This document shows positions 58,371-64,000 of a stretch of DNA of 64,000 nt, piece after piece. The stretch comes from Candidatus Bathyarchaeia archaeon (GTDB lineage Archaea; Thermoproteota; Bathyarchaeia; Bathyarchaeales; Bathycorpusculaceae). The stretch is from the NCBI GenBank assembly GCA_049515895.1, contig JBEKTQ010000007.1, positions 110,819-174,818 of the forward strand, read 5' to 3'. The position numbers and the translations under genes were made by a program. Numbering within the stretch: the first letter of the stretch is position 1; each line of letters opens with the position of its first letter. The notes beneath the pieces were generated by a model, which was not told the DNA's origin, did not search any database, and saw nothing but the letters and a program-made list of their open reading frames with translations.

Positions 58371-59855
58371 GTGTCGAAGATACTGCATGGTGGAAGGTTG
58401 TCGTCGGTGCGTGAAGACGTAGCAAAGTTTACTTCTTCCCGAAAAGACGACGAACGCTTAGCCTCAGCCGTCGTCGACATCAACATAGCCCACGTTGTAA
58501 TGTTAATGGAGCAGAAAATAATTCAGCCGCAAGATGGATCCAAAATCCTCAAAGTCCTCCAGAAACTGTCGAATGTTCCAATGGACCCTGCAGCCGAGGA
58601 TGTCCACATGGCAGTTGAAGAAGCCGTCCTCAAGGAGACAGGGCCAGAAGTCGGTGGAAACCTTCACATCGCAAAAAGTAGAAACGACCAAGTCACAACA
58701 GCCATTCGCATGACGCTTCGAAACGAACTTGTCGCACTTATGCTTCAGCTGCTTCAGGTGCAGGAAAACCTCTTGGAAACCGCAGGTAAAAATGTCGATA
58801 CGGTTATTCTGGAGTACACTCACCTGCAGGCGGCGCAGCCCGTCACTTTTGCCCATTATCTATTGTCATACGTGCAAGCCTTAGAACGCGACTTGAATCG
58901 GCTTAGAGGAGCTTATGAACGGGTTAATGAATGTCCTCTTGGAGCTGGGGCGTTGGCGACGACAAGTTTTCCAATAGATCGGGTTAGAACCGCTTGCCTC
59001 TTAGGCTTCGATTCAGTGCTGGAGAATTCGATAGATGCTGTTGGCAGCCGAGATTTCATCCTTGAAACCCAGTCCGCACTTACTTTGCTTGCTGTGAACT
59101 TGAGCCGTTTGGCTGAGGATTTGATCATTTGGAGTTCACAGGAATTCGGCACGGTTGAGTTGCCTGATGAATTCACCTCTACAAGTAGTATTATGCCGCA
59201 GAAGAAGAATCCGGAGGTTCTTGAAGTAATCCGTGCAAGAGCCAGTTACGCACTTGGCGATTTCGTAGCTTCAGCCGCTGCCCTAAAAAGCCTGCCGACA
59301 GTGTATAACCTTGATTTTCAAGAGGTAACGCCGAAACTTTGGGCTTCCATAACCAACCTCTCTGGTTCACTTGCCATATTCACGGCGCTTATCCCGAACT
59401 TGAAAGTGTCGTCAAACATTGAAAACAAGGCGGCGGTTTCCTTCGCGGGCGCAACTGAACTTGCCAACATGCTTGTAATGAAATACAATGTGGCATTTCG
59501 AACATCGCATAAGATAGTGGGTGCTCTTGTCAAATCGCTGGCAGAATCAAAGAAGACTTTGCTTGATGCAACCCCTGAACTTTTTCAGGCAATAGCTAAG
59601 GAAGCCGCAGGCGTGAATCTATTAGTTAAAATAGAAGACATGGTCGGTTGCACAAATCCACGCAAAATAGTCGAAACCTACATAGTACTAGGGGGACCCT
59701 CAGGCGTCGAGGTTGAAAAGGCCATAAAAACAAACAAGAAAAACATAGCAGAAACCAAAAACAACATAGTTAAACTTAAAAACAACCTTGCAGAAGCACA
59801 AAGGAACCTTTACAGCGTCGCGGAATCATGCTCCAAACAAGCAGTCCGTGCCTGA
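58371..59855 (+). CDS. argH: argininosuccinate lyase
   Basis: GTG start 58371; SRNDQ, YTHLQ.AQP, SSIMPQKKNPE. Confidence 0.95.
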   Translation: MSKILHGGRLSSVREDVAKFTSSRKDDERLASAVVDINIAHVVMLMEQKIIQPQDGSKILKVLQKLSNVPMDPAAEDVHMAVEEAVLKETGPEVGGNLHIAKSRNDQVTTAIRMTLRNELVALMLQLLQVQENLLETAGKNVDTVILEYTHLQAAQPVTFAHYLLSYVQALERDLNRLRGAYERVNECPLGAGALATTSFPIDRVRTACLLGFDSVLENSIDAVGSRDFILETQSALTLLAVNLSRLAEDLIIWSSQEFGTVELPDEFTSTSSIMPQKKNPEVLEVIRARASYALGDFVASAAALKSLPTVYNLDFQEVTPKLWASITNLSGSLAIFTALIPNLKVSSNIENKAAVSFAGATELANMLVMKYNVAFRTSHKIVGALVKSLAESKKTLLDATPELFQAIAKEAAGVNLLVKIEDMVGCTNPRKIVETYIVLGGPSGVEVEKAIKTNKKNIAETKNNIVKLKNNLAEAQRNLYSVAESCSKQAVRA

Positions 59856-59887
59856 AAACATAAGATTTAAAAATCCAAACTTATAGG

Positions 59888-61045
59888 TTGAATAGGGCTT
59901 TGGTCCCACAACATCGCACGTCCGAAAAAAGTAAAAAAGCGATTCTGCTTCTTGAAGACGGAACGTCTTTTGTCGGCAACGGTTTTGGAGCAACAGGAAA
60001 AATCTCAGGCGAAGTAGTTTTCTCAACCCAAATGGTCGGCTATCCTGAAGCGTTGACTGACCCTTCGTATAAAGGTCAAGTTCTGACCCTGACTTACCCG
60101 CTTATAGGTAACTATGGTGTACCATCAAAAGAGCTGAACTTTGGTCTGCCGCTCTACTTTGAGTCAGAGCACATTCAAGTTCAAGGATTAGTTATTCACG
60201 AGTTGTGTCATGAACCTTTCCACTGGGCTTCAACAAGAACCCTGGACAAGTGGCTATTGGACGAGGGCGTCCCAGGAATATACGGTGTAGACACGCGCCG
60301 TCTGACAAAGAAGCTTAGAACCCACGGTGTTATGCTTGGGGTCCTGCAGGTTTTCGATGCAGGCGAAAAGCCGGATATGGCGTCAGTTATAGGGGATGGG
60401 AAGAACATTGTTGACCCTAACTTGACGGACTTGGTTAAGGAAGTGTCCGTGAAGCAGCCCGTTGAATACAGTGTAGACGGGAAAAAAACCGTTGTCTTAA
60501 TCGATTGTGGTGTAAAATACAGCATTATCCGCAACCTGCTTAAACGGGGCATAAACGTTGTACGCGTTCCTTATGACACTTCAGCCAGCGAAGTTTTAGC
60601 TTACGACCCTGACGGCGTCTTCCTCAGCAACGGTCCAGGCGACCCCAAAAAATGCGTGAAAACAATCGACTGCATTCGCGAAGTGGTTGATAAGGTTCCT
60701 TTCATGGGGATCTGCCTTGGCGCGCAAATCTTAGCGTTGGCAATGGGTGGAGATACATACAAGTTGAAGTTTGGTCACCGCGCCCAGAACCAGCCCGCTC
60801 TAGATTTGAGTAGTCAACGGTGCTACATAACAACTCAGAATCACGGTTACGCAGTGGACATAGAATCCCTCAAGAAAACCCCTCTTGAAACTTGGTTCAT
60901 CAACCCAAACGACAAAACAACTGAAGGCATCAAACATAAGAACAAACCTGTTTTCGCCGTTCAGTGGCACCCTGAAGCTTCGCCGGGACCATACGATACG
61001 GAGCTGCTGTTTGACAAATTTGCGAAGACGTTGGAGGCACCGTAG
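59888..61045 (+). CDS. carA: carbamoyl-phosphate synthase small subunit
   Basis: GEVVFST, SNGPGDP, GICLG, QNHG, QWHPE. Confidence 0.96.
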   Translation: MNRALVPQHRTSEKSKKAILLLEDGTSFVGNGFGATGKISGEVVFSTQMVGYPEALTDPSYKGQVLTLTYPLIGNYGVPSKELNFGLPLYFESEHIQVQGLVIHELCHEPFHWASTRTLDKWLLDEGVPGIYGVDTRRLTKKLRTHGVMLGVLQVFDAGEKPDMASVIGDGKNIVDPNLTDLVKEVSVKQPVEYSVDGKKTVVLIDCGVKYSIIRNLLKRGINVVRVPYDTSASEVLAYDPDGVFLSNGPGDPKKCVKTIDCIREVVDKVPFMGICLGAQILALAMGGDTYKLKFGHRAQNQPALDLSSQRCYITTQNHGYAVDIESLKKTPLETWFINPNDKTTEGIKHKNKPVFAVQWHPEASPGPYDTELLFDKFAKTLEAP

Positions 61046-64000
61046 ATGCCAAAGTTTGACTGGATAAAAAAAGTGTTGGTTCTCGGAAGCGGCGCCATAA
61101 AAATTGGTGAAGCAGCCGAATTCGACTACTCGGGAAGCCAGTGCCTCAAGGCTCTGAAAGAGGAAGGTATAGAAACCGTTCTTGTTAACCCTAACATAGC
61201 GACTATTCAGACTGACCCGCGGCTGTCGGGAAAAGTTTACCTTTTGCCCGTTACGCCTGAATACGTTGAGAAAGTTATAGAGAAAGAGCGCCCAGACGGC
61301 ATCCTGCTGGGTTTCGGCGGACAAACCGCTTTGAACTGCGGCGTCGAGCTTGACAAAAAAGGTATTTTGCAGAAATACAATGTTAAAGTTTTAGGCACGC
61401 CTATCCACTCGATTGAAGATACAGGCGACCGTGAACGATTCCGCCAAGCGATGCTTAAAGCAAATGTTCCGCCCCTGAACAGCAAGTCAGCTACGAGCGT
61501 TAAGCAAGCGTTGGAAGTAGCTGATGAGATCGGTTATCCAGTCATCGTCCGAGTCGCTTACACTCTTGGCGGCAAAGGCGCAGGCGTAGCCCGCACACCC
61601 GAGGCGCTTAAAGAAACAGCCACCCGTGGTTTGGCCCAGAGCAGAATCAGCCAGATACTTATCGAAGAGTACGTTGGGCACTGGAAGGAAGTCGAGTACG
61701 AGGTTATGCGCGACTACGCAGACAACTGCTTAACAGTTTGTAATATGGAGAACTTTGACCCGATGGGCGTCCACACGGGCGACTCGATAGTTGTTGCGCC
61801 GTCACAGACCATGACTAACCGCGAGTACCACCTTATCCGCTCCACATCCATAAGCGCCATACGTGCCCTAGGAATCGTTGGCGAATGCAACATACAATGG
61901 GCTTTACACCCAAAATCAGAAGAGTACCGAGTAATCGAAGTCAACTCCCGCATGTCCCGAAGCAGCGCACTTGCAAGCAAAGTCACAGGCTACCCCCTAG
62001 CCTACATAGCTACGAAATTAACGTTGGGCTACCTGCTGCCGGAACTCATCAACAAAGTGACGGAGGTCACAACGGCATGCTTTGAACCAGCCTTGGATTA
62101 TATCACCGTGAAGATTCCGCGTTGGGACCTTCAGAAATTCAAGAACGCTGACCGCCATGTTGGTCCTCAAATGCGTTCTGTGGGCGAGGTGATGGCTATC
62201 GGCCGCTGCTTTGAAGAGGCTCTGCAGAAAGCGGTGCGCATGCTGGACACGGGCAAGATAGGCTTAGTTTGTAACCCTGAAGATTGTGAGCCTGAAAGTG
62301 AAGCGCGGATACGTGACGCAGTCGAGAACCCCACAGACGAGCGGCTCTATAAGATTGTTAAAGCCTTGAAAACGGGCATTTCGGTCGCTGAAATTTATCG
62401 TTTAAGCGGTGTTGACCCCTTTTTCCTCTACAAGATCCAAAACATCGTAGACATGGAGTCGGAGTTGCGGCAGCTAAACCTGGCTGAGGATTCTGCTGCC
62501 GAAGTCGTCCGTGAAGCCAAACGGCTGGGTTTCTCTGACGAGCAAATAGCCCAGTGCCAGAAGACCGATGAATCCACAATCCGATCCTTTAGGAAAAGCG
62601 CGAATATAATTCCGGTTATCAAGCAGATCGACACGTTGGCGGCTGAGTGGCCCGCGAAAACAAATTACCTCTACCTTACTTATGGCGGAGATGAAGATGA
62701 CATCGAACTGAAAAGCGGAATTAGCAAGGTCATCGTGCTCGGCGCAGGCGTCTTCAGGATAGGGTCAAGCGTTGAGTTCGACTGGTGTGGAGTCAACACG
62801 ATTTGGGCGCTCAAGAAGAACGGGATCCAAGAGGCAATAATGGTCAACTACAACCCTGAAACCGTCTCCACCGACTACGACGTCTCCGACAAACTCTACT
62901 TCGAAGAACTCACAACTGAGCGTATTCTGGATATCTACGAGAAAGAGAACCCGATGGGCGTCATCACCAGCGTCGGCGGCCAGATCCCGAACAACCTGGC
63001 GATGGGGCTTTCCGAGCGAGGTGTTCAGTTGCTGGGTACCTCGGCTGAGAACGTGGATTTAGCTGAGGACCGTTCAAAATTCAGTGCGCTTCTTGATCAA
63101 CTTGAAATTTGTCAGCCCGGCTGGAGCAAACTCCTCTCTGTCGGCGAGGCTAAGCGGTTTGCAGAGAAAATCGGCTACCCGGTTCTTGTGCGTCCCAGCT
63201 ACGTGTTGTCGGGTTCAGCGATGCGTGTGGCTTATAATGAGACCTCGCTTGAGAACTTTTTGAAGTTGGCGGCGAAGGTTTCGCGTGACCACCCCGTTGT
63301 GATCAGCAAGTTCATCGACCACGCGAAGGAGGTTGAGGTGGACGGGGTTTCGGACGGAGAAAACGTGTTGATCGGTGCCATAATGGAGCATGTGGAGTAC
63401 GCTGGCGTCCATAGCGGCGACGCAACCATGACCATTCCCCCTCAGGCTTTGAAGGTTGAGGTTCAGCAGAACATCGCGAACTGCACGGAACGAATAGTTA
63501 AAGCGCTGAAGATCCATGGACCCTACAACATCCAGTACCTCGTCAAAGACGACGTCGTCAACGTGATTGAATGTAACCTTCGGGCGTCCCGTTCGATGCC
63601 GTTTGTCAGCAAGACAAGGGGAATAAACCTGATTGAGCTGGCGACTTTGGCGATGCTGGGCAAAAAGATCGATGGGTTCAAGCTGTCGCCTATGACCACG
63701 GCGAATCATGTAGGCGTGAAGGTTCCACAGTTCAGTTTCATGCGTCTTAGCGGCGCTGACCCCGTTTTAGGCGTTGAAATGCTCAGCACAGGCGAGGTCG
63801 CGTGTTTAGGTGAGAACTTCTCGGATGCGTTCTCAAAGGCGCTGCGTTCAGCGGAGTTCAGCATTCCAGACAGAGACGGCTCGGTCTTCATCAGTGTCGG
63901 AGGCGATATTGAGCGCAAGAGACGGGTTGTGCCGATTGCGCAAGCTTTTGTTGACATGGGCTTTAAGATCTACGCGACGGATCACACTGCTGAAGTGCTT
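61046..64000 (+). CDS. carB: carbamoyl-phosphate synthase large subunit (truncated by window)
   Basis: ATG 61046 MPKFDWIKKVLVLGSGAIKIGEAAEFDYSG; open to the window end. Confidence 0.96.
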   Translation, partial: MPKFDWIKKVLVLGSGAIKIGEAAEFDYSGSQCLKALKEEGIETVLVNPNIATIQTDPRLSGKVYLLPVTPEYVEKVIEKERPDGILLGFGGQTALNCGVELDKKGILQKYNVKVLGTPIHSIEDTGDRERFRQAMLKANVPPLNSKSATSVKQALEVADEIGYPVIVRVAYTLGGKGAGVARTPEALKETATRGLAQSRISQILIEEYVGHWKEVEYEVMRDYADNCLTVCNMENFDPMGVHTGDSIVVAPSQTMTNREYHLIRSTSISAIRALGIVGECNIQWALHPKSEEYRVIEVNSRMSRSSALASKVTGYPLAYIATKLTLGYLLPELINKVTEVTTACFEPALDYITVKIPRWDLQKFKNADRHVGPQMRSVGEVMAIGRCFEEALQKAVRMLDTGKIGLVCNPEDCEPESEARIRDAVENPTDERLYKIVKALKTGISVAEIYRLSGVDPFFLYKIQNIVDMESELRQLNLAEDSAAEVVREAKRLGFSDEQIAQCQKTDESTIRSFRKSANIIPVIKQIDTLAAEWPAKTNYLYLTYGGDEDDIELKSGISKVIVLGAGVFRIGSSVEFDWCGVNTIWALKKNGIQEAIMVNYNPETVSTDYDVSDKLYFEELTTERILDIYEKENPMGVITSVGGQIPNNLAMGLSERGVQLLGTSAENVDLAEDRSKFSALLDQLEICQPGWSKLLSVGEAKRFAEKIGYPVLVRPSYVLSGSAMRVAYNETSLENFLKLAAKVSRDHPVVISKFIDHAKEVEVDGVSDGENVLIGAIMEHVEYAGVHSGDATMTIPPQALKVEVQQNIANCTERIVKALKIHGPYNIQYLVKDDVVNVIECNLRASRSMPFVSKTRGINLIELATLAMLGKKIDGFKLSPMTTANHVGVKVPQFSFMRLSGADPVLGVEMLSTGEVACLGENFSDAFSKALRSAEFSIPDRDGSVFISVGGDIERKRRVVPIAQAFVDMGFKIYATDHTAEVL

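Overview
Archaeal chromosomal window; gene content suggests a TACK lineage, most likely Bathyarchaeia (inference, no database search possible). It is dominated by amino-acid biosynthesis clusters: (1) aspartokinase + archaeal shikimate/aromatic operon (2482-13248), (2) ilvB-ilvN-leuC-leuD-leuB-leuA-pheA (minus strand), (3) LysW-dependent lysW-X-Y-Z-J-K cluster with a divergent Lrp regulator, (4) ACT-domain gene-thrC-hom-ask (minus) divergent from argG-argH-carA-carB. An accessory stretch (28-52 kb) holds rpiA, larBCE, DNA-repair genes, surface proteins, htpX, an ALDH, YyaL and a non-coding block of 10-bp-periodic repeats. No rRNA, tRNA, CRISPR or IS element was recognised. The main discovery is a set of short leader ORFs, below the 60-aa ORF-track cutoff, whose codons match the product of the downstream operon. 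An aromatic-rich 27-aa leader followed by a perfect 10-bp hairpin enclosing a U8 tract precedes the aro operon, and a 16-aa leader ending Val-Leu-Ile-Leu precedes ilv-leu; weaker candidates precede thrC and lysW. Together they suggest ribosome-mediated attenuation of amino-acid operons in an archaeon. A 26-bp promoter/operator shared by the lysW and argG operons suggests an ArgR-independent arginine regulon.
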